A stretch of DNA of 63,999 bases, filler included, from Basidiobolus ranarum (Eukaryota): NCBI GenBank assembly GCA_040143965.1. It is 7 parts of 7 records of this genome, joined end to end, with 100 filler letters (N's around TTAATTAATTAA, not from the genome) between each part and the next. Parts side by side here need not be neighbours in the genome. Positions count along the whole stretch, not along the records: positions 9,200 to 18,292 come from JASJQH010000873.1; positions 18,393 to 27,480 come from JASJQH010000874.1; 5 more parts are not named here. One strand, written 5' to 3'. The notes beneath the pieces are model-generated. The model was not told where the DNA came from. It saw nothing but the letters and a program-made list of their open reading frames with translations, and ran no database searches. Below, in pieces: positions 10,534 through 24,237 of this stretch (positions are counted from its first letter, which is position 1; each line of letters opens with the position of its first letter). A program made the translations under genes and the position numbers.

Positions 10534-13047
10534 CTATGCAAACATAAACACCTCCTTATCACCAGAAATCATGCGCTGAGCTCGCTTTGTTCCAACAATA
10601 CGCTCCAACTTGAGCATGTCGTAACGGGTAAATACCGAAGTACAGGTCCAGTCGTTGAAGGGAGAGTTATCGTGGGATGGAAGTGTGAGGCAATTAAGAA
10701 TCTCGGAATAGAATTGGGGATAGTCTGGAAGACCATAGAATACAACGTGCTTAATACCACGAATATTGTAACGTCTGAAGAAGTGGAATCGCTCAGTATA
10801 AAGCATGAAGCTGTCTCGACCGTGGAAGAAATTGGAACGAGAGCGAGAAATATCGGCATTTGAAGTGTATTCACAGAGCTGAGCGAAAGAGTAATTATGG
10901 TCAGTGAAATAGTTTCGGACACGAACGAAATCAAAGTACGACGGAATGAAGATCAGAGTATGTTCCTGTGAAATGGCCGATTTTCTTAGGGTGGGGAGCA
11001 CTTTGTCAATGAAATGTCTGAAGCGAACATCAGCTGCTTCTACTGCGTTTTTACATGGGATGCGAGTGAAAACTTGTTGCACCTGAGGGAGAACATCATG
11101 GATAGATCCTTCATAGGACTTCTTGATCTTGAGCTTGCCATGGATATTTTTGCAATTCTTGTTGAACATTGCGTTGATTTCAGGTGTCAAGAAGCTAGAG
11201 AACGATAGAGTTTGACGTAGATACTTCGATCTACCATCGAGATACCAACCTTTGACCCTAGAGAAGTCACAGCCATGCGAGTCCTTAGGGATCAAATTAA
11301 GATGGTCGATGAGATGCTCGACATGCTCCCAGTTTTGTGTCAAGAAAACATCAGTTTGGTCTAGGATCAACATCTCGATGGATGAAAGAAAATCAAAATC
11401 TCTTTTTTTATCTTCCTGGGTACCGATAATCAAGCGAAGGCCAAGTGGTGAGGCAACGATAATGTCGGAGGAGTAGAAGTCGGAGTAGATTTTCATAGTT
11501 TTACGCGTGAATTTGATACCAACACGGAAGCAATCATCCGGATTGCCGGTAAAAATATCATTGAAATCAGCAGGCTTTGATGTGTCGACTTCGATATCTT
11601 CAGGAGGAACTCCAAACTCTTTAGTTAGTCGCTTCTTGTTGTCCTGTTGTGTAGTTCCTGAGAGCTCGATGATAGTATCAATGATCTTTAGAGCTGAATT
11701 ACGGAAGGGAACAACAATTAAAACCTTGGGTCGAGTGAATCCTTGATCTTTGATTTCCCCAATATCTTTGTCTTCATTTTGAGCGGCAGTGATCTTAATG
11801 TTGTTCTTAAGAATGCGATCTCTAGTCTTATAAGAATGATTGACAGCGTGGAGGCAGTAAAGACGGCGAATCTCTTCACAATCCTCAAGGGAACGGTTTG
11901 CGTATACGATATCTTTATATTCCTGCATTTGCTGATAGAGAAGATATTGTAAGTCTGTGAAATCGTTGTTGTAACTGTGTTTAGCATTGTGAAAGTGTTC
12001 TTGAGCAGATTTGCTCCAGGGTTCGTGAAGTCTTTGTTTGATTTTAAATTCAGCCAGCCCGATAGATGGGTCTTCATTTGTGTCGTTCTTTTCAGTGTCC
12101 GCGGCCTCTTCCAAGCTATAAGACATAACTTGGTTCAACACAGGATCATTACGACAATTTAGCTTCCATTGCTTTTCCTCTGCAAGAGCAACACGATGGT
12201 TGAAATCCTCGGGGGAATACTCTCCAAAATGTTTTTCGTAAAAATCGTTAGCTTGAGCAAGCTCTTCGTCATCCATATCTTCAACTTGAAGTTGCTCATT
12301 CTCTTCGTCATCCTCTCCTTCACTTAGTGCTTCCTCAGCCTCATCTTCTCCCTCTGACTCTTCTTCAGTATCATCATTAGGAAGTCCACCATTTTGAAGT
12401 TCTTGAAGAACAGCATCGCCATACTTCTTCCTGAACTCTTCGGCTTGCTCGGCTGTTAATTCAAGAGCTGTATAACGTAAGTCAATTAATATAATATTAC
12501 ATAGAATCAATTTGGCTAGACAAACATACTTTCACCGTCTTGAAGATCTAAATCCTGATCGTCTTCATCCTCCTCTTCCTCACTCAAAGCATCCTCTAGC
12601 CCCTCCTCTTCTAATTTTTGGCGTTTGTAAAAGTCAGCATTTCGAGAGTTTTTCTTCAATAAGTTAACCAATTTATTGTAAGAAGAAGGTTTTTCCCAAG
12701 CTTCCTCCTCTTCATCTTCAGAGACTTCCTTATCCGAGTCTTCATATTGTCGGTTACGCTCTTCGTCTATATCCTCTTCACGAATGATTTTGCGAAAAAT
12801 TCTATCTCGAACTAAAATAAGATACTGTATTAAATACCAATGTTTAGAATATAATTTCTTACTTGGATTCGAGATCGTCTTCGTCTTCTTTTGTAGGATC
12901 GAGTTCACCATATTCTATAAGTTGCTCTTTTTGACTTTTTGAAAGTTGACCAAACTTCGTGGGTTTACTCTTCTTGGCATTTCCAAAGTTGGTTCCAGTA
13001 CCTTTTCTTTTAGGATTTCCACGTTGTTGTTGTGGTTTACGCGCCAT
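10534..13047 (-). CDS. UTP25: U3 snoRNA-associated protein 25 (DEF/UTP25), 3 exons
   Basis: Acidic N-terminus; DQGFTRPKVLIVVPFR, F.GN.DD.FR.GIKF, FYSSDIIVASPLGLR, DFLSSIE, QNWEH, LIFIPSYFDFVRVRNYF, LYTERFHFFRRY; two short introns near 12860-12810 and 12528-12468. Confidence 0.96.
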
Positions 13048-13478
13048 GTTAATTCTCTTTCAAAGTAGTACGTTAAACAATACCCTTCGTGCACGTATAT
13101 GCTTTCTGAAGCATTATTCAAAAGTCCAATAATGTGGAAATCTTTTTTTCTTTTTTTTTTCTGACTCGATTTTTTAGCGAAACTGTGGAAAATTTTACTA
13201 GTTAAATCTAGGTGCACCCTTCACCAACTACAAATTAAATTGCACTTTTCGGTGTATGCTTTATAGTGAGCTGAATTATTCATATACATGAATTATCACA
13301 TATCAACCAAAATAGTCATTTATTAACTCAAGAATAAAATCAAATACATATTTACAGTTTAACTATATAAATGAGTTGGAAAGATGTAGAAAAATGAAAT
13401 TAAATCATGTAGAACGTTTGAAGAGCAAACAAAAATACACTCGTAAGAAAACTGGCTTTAAAAATTAACAAGGGATAT

Positions 13479-16400
13479 CTATGATTTTTCAACAATGCGA
13501 GGTCTCTTTGACACCTTGCGAGGAACTGGCTTCGATACGGGGGTGCCTAAGCTTGGACGCTGACTAACCTTTCCTGGAGTTCTGGTTTGTTTTTGCACGT
13601 GACGCTCAACCATGGATATACCATCACGGAATCTAGCTCTAAATAAGACATTTGCATTGTTGAACATTCCTTCCTTAAGAGAGACAACGATAAACTGAGC
13701 GCCCTTGAAGCGACTACGGAATAATTGACCAATGTTCTGAGTGTGTGAGAGATCGAGGGCTGCATCAATCTCATCCAGGATGTACATTGGGGCAGGTTTA
13801 AACTGTAGCAATGCTAGAATCAACGATAGTGCGATGAGCGAGCGTTGACCACCACTCAGTTCAGTCAAACTCTGCTTCCACACACCTCCCAGGCAAACCT
13901 TGACTTCCAAGCCCTCCATTAAAGTTTGATTCTCAGGAGGCTCAAGTTTAGCCGAGCTGTTTTGAAGAAGTTCCCCAAAGATATCTCCGAAATCAACGTT
14001 GACTTTCTTCCATGTTCTTTCCAGAGCCTCCTTTTTATAATTGTCCAACTCTTTGATAGTTTCTTCGATCTTTCTTTTATCTTTCCTGACAGTGTGCAGC
14101 ATATGTTTCAGTGACGCTTCCTTCTTTTCTACACTATCCATGGTGTTCATAACTTTCATGTTGATTTTCTTACGGAGTTTGTCATGTTCAAGTTCCAACT
14201 TTTTGAGTTTTTTGTGAGATTCCTTGACATCTTGACTATCAAAGTCGTAGGGAGTGTTCGCTTTACCAAAGAATTGCTTCTGGTCAACGATCCATTCGTG
14301 AGACTTCTCGAGATCAGCAACTACCTTGGCTGCGGATTCTCTCTCTTTATCAAATCTATCAAGTTCATGGGAAAGCTTTTGTAACTCTAGTTGAAAGTCA
14401 GCCATCTCCGAGGATTTGTCTTTCGAAAGAGTCTCGAGCTCACGAATCTCACTGTCATAGTTTTTCATGGTTTGCATCTCATTGTCCAATTTCTCCTGAG
14501 CATGGTCAAGGGCATTCTTGATGTCAATAAGATCGTTCTTCAATGACTTTTCCTTGCTCACATATTCTTCAATGGATTGATCGGCAACTGTAATCTGTTG
14601 TTTGCAGTTCTCAATTTCCGATTCAGTCTGTTCAATCTCAAGCTGAATAGTTTGTACTTCTCGTTGCATATTCTTGACAATTTGTGTGGATTTGGATAAC
14701 GCCTTCTTGGCTTTGGCGAGTTTCTTTCTCATATCCTCTAATTTGGAATCTTTGTTCTCCTTGAACTCTTCCATCTCAATCTCTAGATCTTTGACACGTT
14801 TTAGAGCATCCTTTCGTTTTTCACGACACTGAACAATCGTGGTGTCGAGATCTCCAATATCTTTTTCGAGATCCTGAGCACGCTTAAGTACTTGTGCGTG
14901 GGTGCTTTTGTTTAGTTGGTCTTCGAGGAGTGTAGCGGCATGTACCTTGAGATCAAGTTGTTGCTTGAGAGTCTTGTACTTAGCACCGTCCTTTTGTAGA
15001 GATTGTAACTTCTCGTTGACAGCCTTCAGTTGTTTGTGGAGATCAGCTAATTGCATTTTAGCGTCTTTCAGTGCATTCATTTTAATAAGGATACCTCCTG
15101 TGGAAGGTTTGGAGCCACCTTGGAGAGTGCCTGATGGGTCATAAACATCGCCGTCATAAGTAACAGACTTCATACGGACATTCTTATCAAAAGTAACCTT
15201 TTCAGCGGATTTAGCGTCTAGGAACATGTAAAAGTAAGTTCATGAACAAAAGGACTTGAATGCATCGAATATTGCTAACCTTTACAAATTAGCGTGTTTC
15301 CAAAAACGAATTGCATGGCTGCAGTTACTTCTTCATCATAACCAATGAGGTTCAAAGCTAGATCGACTTTACCAGGAGCAAGTTTTTGAGCAGTAGCGAT
15401 TTTTTGTGCAGAAGCTTTAAAGGCAGCAATCTTGTTCAAAGGAATGATCGTGACACGACGACGAAGCTTGCCTTTTTGAAGCAACTGTTTACCGACCACT
15501 TCAGTATCAACGACAACCTGGAAGTTTGTTATTTAGCAATGCATTCAAGGTTTACATGAAGAATTCTAAGCCGATACTTACATTGTAAAGTCTTCCACCA
15601 GCGCAGATTTCTAACGCAGTAGAGGCAATCTTTTGCTCATCATCAACGTTGATCAGTTCGGCTACCAAACCTTTTACTTGAGAGCGATCAAAGTTTGGAG
15701 TAGGGTCTGCAAATTGGAACTCGAGACCGGAAAGTTTAGAAGACATTGATTCTACATCTTCTTCGAGAGAATCTACATTCGATTGAATTTCAGATTTCTC
15801 CTTTAGCAGAGTGGATTCAGTATCGGGATCCCAATTGAGCTGCTCGATTTGATTCTCTAATTTTTCAATTTGCTGTTTAGCAGATTCTAGTTCTTTCATG
15901 GCAGTTTTGTTCTCTTTTATTGCTTTGGCAGTCTTGGGCTGGAGTTCCTTCAGTTCCTTCTTCATATGTGAGATACGTAGTTTGGTTTGCTCTTCCTCAG
16001 TTGAGGACTGGGATGCAACGTTTTTGGCTTCTTGAAGTTGTTCCATGTATCCATTTTCATGACCTTCTTCAGCAGCTACACCAGTAGAAAGAGTCTGAAG
16101 TAATTCTTCTGATCTCTTTACCTCGGTGGTTTTACTATCGTTTTGCTTTTTTAACTCTTCATATTCAGCAAATTTCTTCTCGTGATCCTCCTTTTTTTCT
16201 TTCAATGCTTGCTCAAGTTCTTCAAGATTGCTCAACAATGCATCTTTGCTCTTGGTTTCTTCGGCAACTGATTTTGCTTTGAGATCGCAAACAGTCTTAG
16301 TTTTCACGAGTTGCTTTGAATATTCTTTGACTGCCTCTTCCAATTCTTGGAATTTACCACCGTTAGACATTTCCTAAAGTTCAAGAAGGAAAATATTAGT

Positions 16401-17513
16401 TTCGATTAGTACGAGTAGGAGCTCTTGAATCTCTTACCTTGTGCTTTCTTTTGCTATGTCTTTGGATATCAACATCAATATTTTTGATTTCACGTTTCAG
16501 TATGTTAATTGATTTCTCCAAATCTTGAAGACGCTGTTGTTTTGAGTCCAAATCCTGGGCATTTCTATTCACTTTTTCTTCATTCTTCATGTAATCATGA
16601 GCTACAACTAATCTACGGAGACGATCAATTTCTATTTCTACTTTTTGGAATTCCAAAAACGCTCTTTTCTCCTCTCTTAGTTTCTGAAGTTTTGGGCCGA
16701 TTTCTTCGTTTAAAATCTGTACGGGATTAGTTTGTAAGTAAATTTAAAAATCATCATTTCATGCTTCACAAAAATACTCACCGAGGTAATCTCAACAACT
16801 TTGGTTTCTTTCTTGGACATGGTTTTGAAAGCCTTGTCTTTACGCTCCTCGAACATTCTTGTTCCGGCAGCTTCTTCAATCATGGCAAGAATTTCAGGTG
16901 GTTTCATGTTAAGCACCTTGGTGATCTTACCCTGCATGATTAGAAAGTGTGGGTTGTTTACGTTAAGCTGTACTGATTGGAATAAGTTGGCAACCACTTG
17001 TTGCTGTGCAGTATGGCCATTAACAATATACTTTGTTTTACCGCCCATGAGTACCTAATAGCAGAGTTTTTAGTAAAATAATATTAACTCAATAGATAAA
17101 ATTTTCAACGCATACCTGACGAGTGACGGTAATTTGTTTATATTGTTCGTATCCGATAGGACTACCCTCACGATCTTCATTGTTGAAAACAATAGTAACG
17201 GAGGCCTTAGTAATACCAGCTTGACCTCTTTTGTAGAGTAAGTCTTGCAAATTGCTAGCTCTGACCTATAAGTGATTCATATGTTAGTTTCTCAAACGTG
17301 TATGTCGCCACTCCCCTCTTTACTCCATGAAATATGGCTACTTACGTGAGTAAGGTTTGTGATACCTAGTACGAAACAAATGGCGTCTAATATATTCGAT
17401 TTACCGGAACCGTTCAAACCAGTGATGGCGTTAAACTCGGGATCCCAGCCGGTAATGTGAGTGCGGGTCGCATATGATTTGAAGCCCTCTATGATCAGTT
17501 CTTCTATTCTCAT
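13479..17513 (-). CDS. SMC2: Condensin subunit SMC2 (multi-exon)
   Basis: GFKSYA, Walker [40 protein letters not shown], hinge [11 protein letters not shown] and [13 protein letters not shown], signature [15 protein letters not shown], Walker [12 protein letters not shown]. Confidence 0.97.
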
Positions 17514-18292
17514 ACTGAGCTTTGGTTGTAGTCAATGATATCAGAGAGTAAGGTTAGAATGGTTAAAAGCTGAAAGAGAAGATGTATGGTAAAATAAACA
17601 AATATCTTGTTTATACTACAAAATACAATAACTCAACAATTCGTGAATGATTGGTTAAATTGATTTCGCTTGATGGATTTAAAAACAAACGAAATATCAA
17701 AACAAATCTGGTCCGAGTCAAATTCCAAAAAATGATTTTATCCCTCACTATTGATTCTATGTAATGCACTTTGAAAATGCTATTTTATACATTACCATGG
17801 CAAGTTGTCTTCAATAGAATTGGAAATACCACTATGCTAATCAAATTCATATCAGAAACTGTGCCTCTTTAATCATCTATTTCTTGTACTGGAGATAATT
17901 CTTCTAGTTCATTTAATAGGTGCATAATACTCGCAAGTAAACCTGGAAACCATGCATACTTCAAGGAGTAGTTCTATTGTAGATAAACTGCTGAAATTTC
18001 CAAGCATTAATGGATGAATGATCACCTATGACATTCTTGGGCTAGCAGGTTAGCTCAAAGTGTAAGACGAGTTGACCAACGCATTGAGAATATGGCAAAC
18101 CACCGACTGGGAATTCAAACATCTTATTAGTAATTGCGCCTTCATTTGGAACAAAATATTTATTGTAACAATCTACGTGAATAAAATTATTCATCGAATA
18201 ACTATCTATCAGTGTTGGTATATTGTAGGGAATGTGTCACATTTGATGGTTCTGCATTCCTACCTACTCATCAGCTACCTCGAACATGTGGG

Positions 18293-18392
18293 NNNNNNNN
18301 NNNNNNNNNNNNNNNNNNNNNNNNNNNNNNNNNNNNTTAATTAATTAANNNNNNNNNNNNNNNNNNNNNNNNNNNNNNNNNNNNNNNNNNNN
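18293..18392. other. Artificial contig spacer
   Basis: N run with TTAATTAATTAA linker. Confidence 0.98.
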
Positions 18393-19506
18393 CTTTTAGC
18401 TTTTTGGCCAAAACCCTTTTTCTGAAATCTTTGATCACATAGCCTGGTTTCTTGCAATACTTGTATGATTGCTTTCCTATTTGGGGCACCATTATTGAAG
18501 CCTGTTAAGTGTTTTACAGCTCCCAAGAATGCCTAATCTGTGTTATTTTGCTGAGAATTAGATCTGCTTGATTCCTTAATACAAAGCCCAGAACCAATAT
18601 ATTCCATGATTATTGACACTGGTCTTGATTGTAGGGCAATTATAAGGTTCCCAAGCTTGTCTGGTAGGCTCCTAAGCAGTGTCATCACTAATTCATTGTT
18701 AATTAGAGGTGCCCCAAAGGATGAGAGCTGATCTGTCACAGTTTTTATAACATTTCTTTGATTAGCCATAGAATCATCAAAATTAATGAGAAATGGGAAT
18801 AACTTTTGCCTAAGATATAGTCAATTAGCCAGACCCTGAGTCTCATATAGTCCCTCAAGTGTTTCCCAAGCAGTTTGGATGTTTTTGGCTGAGTGTATAT
18901 GCTTCAATTGAAAGTTGCTAGTATGTAGAAAAAGTGTAGAGAGTGCTTTCCTCTACTTCTTTTTAAAAGCAAGGATAGGTTTTGGTGATCCCTTTTGCTT
19001 TTTTTTTCTGCTGAAACAAATCCCACAGGTCTTGGTGTACCAGCACCATTTGCATCTTGAACTTCCAAAGTAGAAAGTCTTCCCAAGCAAACTTCTCTGT
19101 GGATGCAAAAACATTGGTAATAGTACTGGTAGACATTCCTTCAACAGCTAGCTTGGGGCTCATAACCTGGTAAAAGTGTGTAGGGGAATTGGAAGTGTTT
19201 GGACAAGATTCGGATTTGTGAATTAAATACTTAAGTTTTATTCAATTGAATATCTTCCATTTATAGCTTACTATTAAATAGGACTTTTGGATGCACTTGG
19301 ACTATAACAAACATGCCTGTTAAGCACAGGTGAAAATTTGAAGTGATTTAGAGAAGTTGTGAGCAAATAGTGAAAATTGGTAAAATTGATCTTATTGATA
19401 TTTCTATTGATTAGAGCAATATATACACAATTTGTGGAATTGAGTGCTTAGAGTGGAATAGGCTCAATTTACTGGAAGTTGAAATCTGTAAGGAGACTTC
19501 TTAACA
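18393..19506 (-). mobile_element. Decayed Ty1/copia 5' part: LTR (19168-19506), PBS (19156-19167), gag
   Basis: Minus-strand LTR TGTTAA...CCA followed directly by GGTTATGAGCCC; gag motifs WKFKMQMVL..QDLW and LLRSLPDK; homologous to the 24238+ copy. Confidence 0.85.
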
Positions 19507-19565
19507 ATGTGGCTTATTTAGCAACTTTTGTAACTGCAGAATATTCTGCTTCAGTAGAGGACAAA

Positions 19566-19916
19566 TGACTGAAGTGCTCCGGGGGTTTGGCAGTGTTTTG
19601 GACAAGATTTGGATATGTGATTTAAACATTGAAGTTTTATTGAATTGAATATGTCCTATTTATAGTTTACTAAGAAACAGGACTATTGGATGTGTTCGGA
19701 GCATAACCCACATGCATGTTAAGCATAGGTGAAAATATGAGATGATTTGGAGAAGTTTTGAAAAAATAGTGAAAATTTATAATAGTGATCTGCTTGATAT
19801 TTCTATCAATTGGAGCAATAAACACACATTTTTGAATGACAAAATGAAGGTTAAATATTCAGAACATGAATAATCTAACTACTAAATAATGAGATGCAAG
19901 TTATTGAATTTCAACA
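19566..19916 (-). mobile_element. Solo LTR of the same copia family
   Basis: About 350 bp aligning with 19168-19506; the minus-strand 5' end reads TGTTGAAATT. Confidence 0.75.
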
Positions 19917-20149
19917 ATAACAGCAGTGTGAAAAGTCCCAGTTCAGGTTGGAGAGCTGTGAATACTGGTTTTGAGCATTTTGAGTTAATCTGATGTAATG
20001 AGTGTGGGATTATTATTTGTTTGTGGAACTTTTCAACCGGTGTGCTTTGCAATATGAACTGTCAAGCTTTTTCAATGATACTTCAGCATATGTATTAAGT
20101 ACATACAGTTATTAATTAGGAGAAAGTGTGAAAAATGCAACAGTGGGTT

Positions 20150-21100
20150 ACTATTGTCAGGGCTCTCAAGCTTGTTTCTTTTTGAATGAGTTAACTTATG
20201 TTGTACTCCTTAGGCACCACTTGAGCAACTTTTCATTCTTTTCCCACTCAACAAATACATATATCTTCAAAGTGTTTCATGAGCAGGCTCACACATGCCC
20301 CATTGTCATATGCTTGCAGAAACTGAAACTCGTCACATATAATTTGTTAAAAACATTTTGAGTAACATCTGACTTCTGGTTTTTCCCACATTAATTGAAT
20401 TCTAGAAGATATTTTGCCAGATTCCATAAGGTTTGTATGATAATAAATCATTTGTCATCTGTGAAAGTGATGACTCCTCTGACAGTCAAATTCCTTTGGT
20501 TTGCTAGTTTCCCTATGTGTTTTCTGCTTTTGTATGGCCAGGCAGTTCCTTCTCATTAAGTTCACAAAATTGTTGCACACCTGTTCTGCTCCACTAGATT
20601 GTCATGGTGATATACATATGTGTGGTGTAGGATCAATTAGAATCGGCCATGAGGATATAAGGAAGGGAGAGGTTGTTGTTGCAGCTCAAGGACAGTGTTC
20701 CAAGGTACTTGCATCATTGTTATTGATTTTGTGTCTCTTTTCTGATTGTGTCTGTAAGCAGATTTAGATTTGTCATTGCAGCACAATGACTGTTGCTTGC
20801 CTGTATAGCATCTTCAAAATTTCTACATATAATATTGTACAAAAAGTCACTGAGTTTCAAATGGAGTTCCATTAATATCACAGCAGTATCTAAAGTTGTG
20901 GAGAGAGGATAGTATATTGGTGAGCCAAGCACTTTTTGATTTCACAGTCTTGACAGTTTGACCATATATTCCACCTCTTCACCTACTGACTTTTAATTTC
21001 TGAGAGGATTATGTGCACTTCACGTTAATTTAAATTAGAAAACAGTATGTCTGATATGTCTAGTCAGGTTCCACCACTATTTTGATTAGTCCCCAACTTC
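20150..21100 (-). mobile_element. Degenerate TE remnant (possibly gypsy gag/protease), homologous to 32900-33560
   Basis: Shares CTAGATTGTCATGGTGATAT and GCCTGTATAGC with the 33 kb region; many stops; CpG-poor. Confidence 0.4.
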
Positions 21101-21539
21101 TCATTAGCTCCAATAGTAGGCAATGTATTGTTGAAAAGTTCATCAAGCCTTTTGCTTCTGCCAATTTGTTCTCTTCTAGTATGCTGGCTTTGGTTTGGAT
21201 GCCATTTTGGACTTACCTTGAGTCTTTTTAAATGAAATCGCAATATTGCCTCAGTAAATTTAATTCTAGTGATATTTCCATTTACAACTACTTTGAGATA
21301 TCTCAGTCTTCCTGAGTTCTCTTCTCATTGCATTGATAATCTGCATTTTGTTGCAAAGGGGCCTCAGCTTCTTCTTCCAGGCTATTAGCTGACTCTTCCA
21401 TAGACTTACCAGCATTAAAGTTTTGCCTACTCTCCTTTGGCTTTCTCTACAAACTATGTATACTATATAGTCCTTTCTTATTATTGAAATTAGCAAAATA
21501 GCAAATCATTATTTATTAGTTTGTTTTGAAGCTGCTAAA

Positions 21540-24230
21540 AGTCCTATAGACTTCAATAATAGTGCCACTGATAGGAAATCAGTCAGTTGCAAGTATTAGA
21601 AGAAATAAGGCCATTTATGCTTAGACTGTAGAAAAATGATTTTTTCTAATAAGAAATTATCCAACACTGATGGTGACCATGTGTCTATGTTTACCCTGTC
21701 TGTAACCACTAAACAAAACTTCAAAACATCATATCTTAGCACAGGAGCTTTGCAGCATATGTCAAAGAATAACAATTGGTTTTCTGGCTGCAATTCAATC
21801 CAAACAGGCTTTGTTTACTTGGGACTGGACTATGCACTAGATGGAGTGGGTATGGGCAGGGTTGTACTGAATTTATACCAAAGCTCAGCTTAGCAATTAG
21901 CAAAGTGGGATGCTACACACCATGTGTCAAATATAGTTATAAATATTGAAATTAGGTAATTTGCTACTCAATAGTTGGTTGTTAGTTTATTGATATTCTG
22001 ATTGTTTAGCACTCAATTTTGCTATTCAAAAAAGTGTGTTTATTGTTCTAATTGATAGAAATATCAATTAGTTCACTTTTACCAACTTTCACCATTTCCT
22101 CAAAAGTTCTCCCAATCACCACTAATCTTCACTCATGCTTAACAGGCATGTTTGTTATGATCTAATCACATCTATTAGCTCTATTTCATAGTAAACTATA
22201 AATAGGACATATTCATTTCAACAAAACTAAAGTGTCTAATTCACAAATCAAAATCTTGTCAAAAACACTTCCAAGACTCCTAAACACTTTTGCCACAAAG
22301 TCTGCTATCAGTGAGCCATGCCACATCTGAGGGACTAAATATTTGTAGAACTTGGCAACATCACCCTAATGGAGATGGCTTAATCAATTCACATCATTAA
22401 TAGCTAAATTATCACCATGCAGCTGAATATGTCTCCACTTCAGTTCATGTCAATAAGAAATACCCAGTATGAAAGCTACAGAGTTCACTTGATTTGAAAC
22501 ACTCTACAATGCAAAATTTGGTGTGATTCATCACAGGAACTTTGGATGCACCAAAGAATTACCAATTACTGCTCAAATATGGTACAACAGAGAACCCAAA
22601 GCAGTAACTGCACATTTCATGGTTAATGTGACGGATCTAAAACATAAAATCAGCCTGTTACAAAAATTCAAAAGTTAATTAAGTTCCAAGATGTTACTTT
22701 TGATGAAAAACCTTGTTTTCAACTGCATATCACAGTACTTTATACTGCGAACACAATAAGTCTTGGTCAGGATGTGTCTGGGAACATTTCAGCTCTTTCT
22801 GAGCACCTTTTTACTATAAACTCAGCACCTATTACAACATCGGTTGACCTGGGATCCCAGAGATCATGCAGAGCAAGGAAAAAGGCAGCAAGCTGGTGGA
22901 ACACTTCTAATGATGATGTCTGAGCTTAAAAAGCATTTGGTGACAAGCCACAGACTCAAGATTAAGCTCTGGAGTGTACAAAAGGAGAAACATAGGAAAA
23001 CCAGCTTTTAATAAATTTACCAACTCAAGGTGAAAGAAACAAAAGCTTTGACAAGGTTGTAAATGATACTATAAGGTCAAAACTCCAGCTGATGGAACCA
23101 GAGTAGGGAACCAACCAAGATTAGTTTCACAAGGATATTACAGACCCCAGGAATTAGGTTTAGTGTGACCTTTGCTACAGTAGCTAAGTGTAGCTCTATT
23201 TTATCTATCCTGGCACTATCCACTGTCCATTACCTTGTTTTACATCAATTGGATGTAAAAACAGTCTTTCAGAGTGCAAATCTAGAAAGCAAGACCTAAA
23301 TGGAGCTTCTAAACAGATTTGTTGACCCACAACACATGTATGGTTTGTAAACTGCAAAAATGATTATTTCAACTGAAGCAAGCACCAAGGGCATGGTACA
23401 ACAATATAGATACTAACTTGGATATACAATGGTTTGAACACATCCAAATATTGCTGTAGTAGTAGGAGCTGTCAGATAATACCTCAAAAATCTGGGATCT
23501 CAACACAAAACAGCAGTAAAGTAATTATCCAGCTTTTGAGAGGAGTTTCAGATCTAGTACTGGAAAACTGTGGTACTCCAGCATCTCAAAATTTTGAAGG
23601 CTACATTGATGCAACCTGAAAAAGAAACCTTGGTGATAGAAGATAAACAACAATGTACACTTTTCTCTATGGTGAAGGCTCTGTATCTTTGAACAGTAAG
23701 AAATAACCATTCTTAGCACTGACAACTACAAAATCAGAGTATATGGCTCCTTCTGCTACTACACAAAGAGTTCTCTGGTTAGAGAAATTACTTTTCCACT
23801 TGGAATAAATACAAAAACATGCTGTTACTGTATTTGAAGATGATCAACATTGTATTTCATTTGCTTTAAAACTCTATTTTACATGCTAAAACTAAGCATA
23901 TATGCATTAGGCAACATATAGATAGAGAAGCATCAGAGAATGAAATGATTTAACTTACCTGGTGACATACCAAAGAAAGGATTGCTTACAAACTCACTAA
24001 TACTTTAGCTAAAGCAATATTTGATTAATTACAATATGAGTTGAGTTTATGAGAAATACCAAATAATCTGTTGAGTGGAATTGTTGAAGTTGGTTAAATA
24101 GCAACTCCATATTCAATAGATAGTTTTTGATAGATATATTGATTTGATCACTTTTAACGATTTTCACTAATTTAGCAAGATTTCTCCATATCATCTCAAA
24201 TTTCCACCAATGCTTTACAGGCATGCCTTT
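21540..24230 (+). mobile_element. Decayed Ty1/copia internal region (PR, IN, RT, RNaseH) with truncated 3' LTR from ~24082
   Basis: GALQHMS protease remnant; LHQLDVKTVF and LKQAPRAWY (RT); STDNYKIEYMA-like, FEDDQHCI and KTKHI (RNaseH); TGTTGAAG LTR start at 24082. Confidence 0.8.
21944..22295 (+). mobile_element. Solo LTR nested in the copia relic
   Basis: Aligns with LTR 24238-24590 (GCATGTTTGTT, TCACAAATC, AACACTTCCAA) and sits between protease and integrase remnants. Confidence 0.7.
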
Positions 24231-24237
24231 ATGATGT

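Noticed and set aside
10569-16943. Numerous short antisense or alternate-frame ORFs in UTP25 and SMC2
   Set aside because: Shadow ORFs of long real coding sequences.
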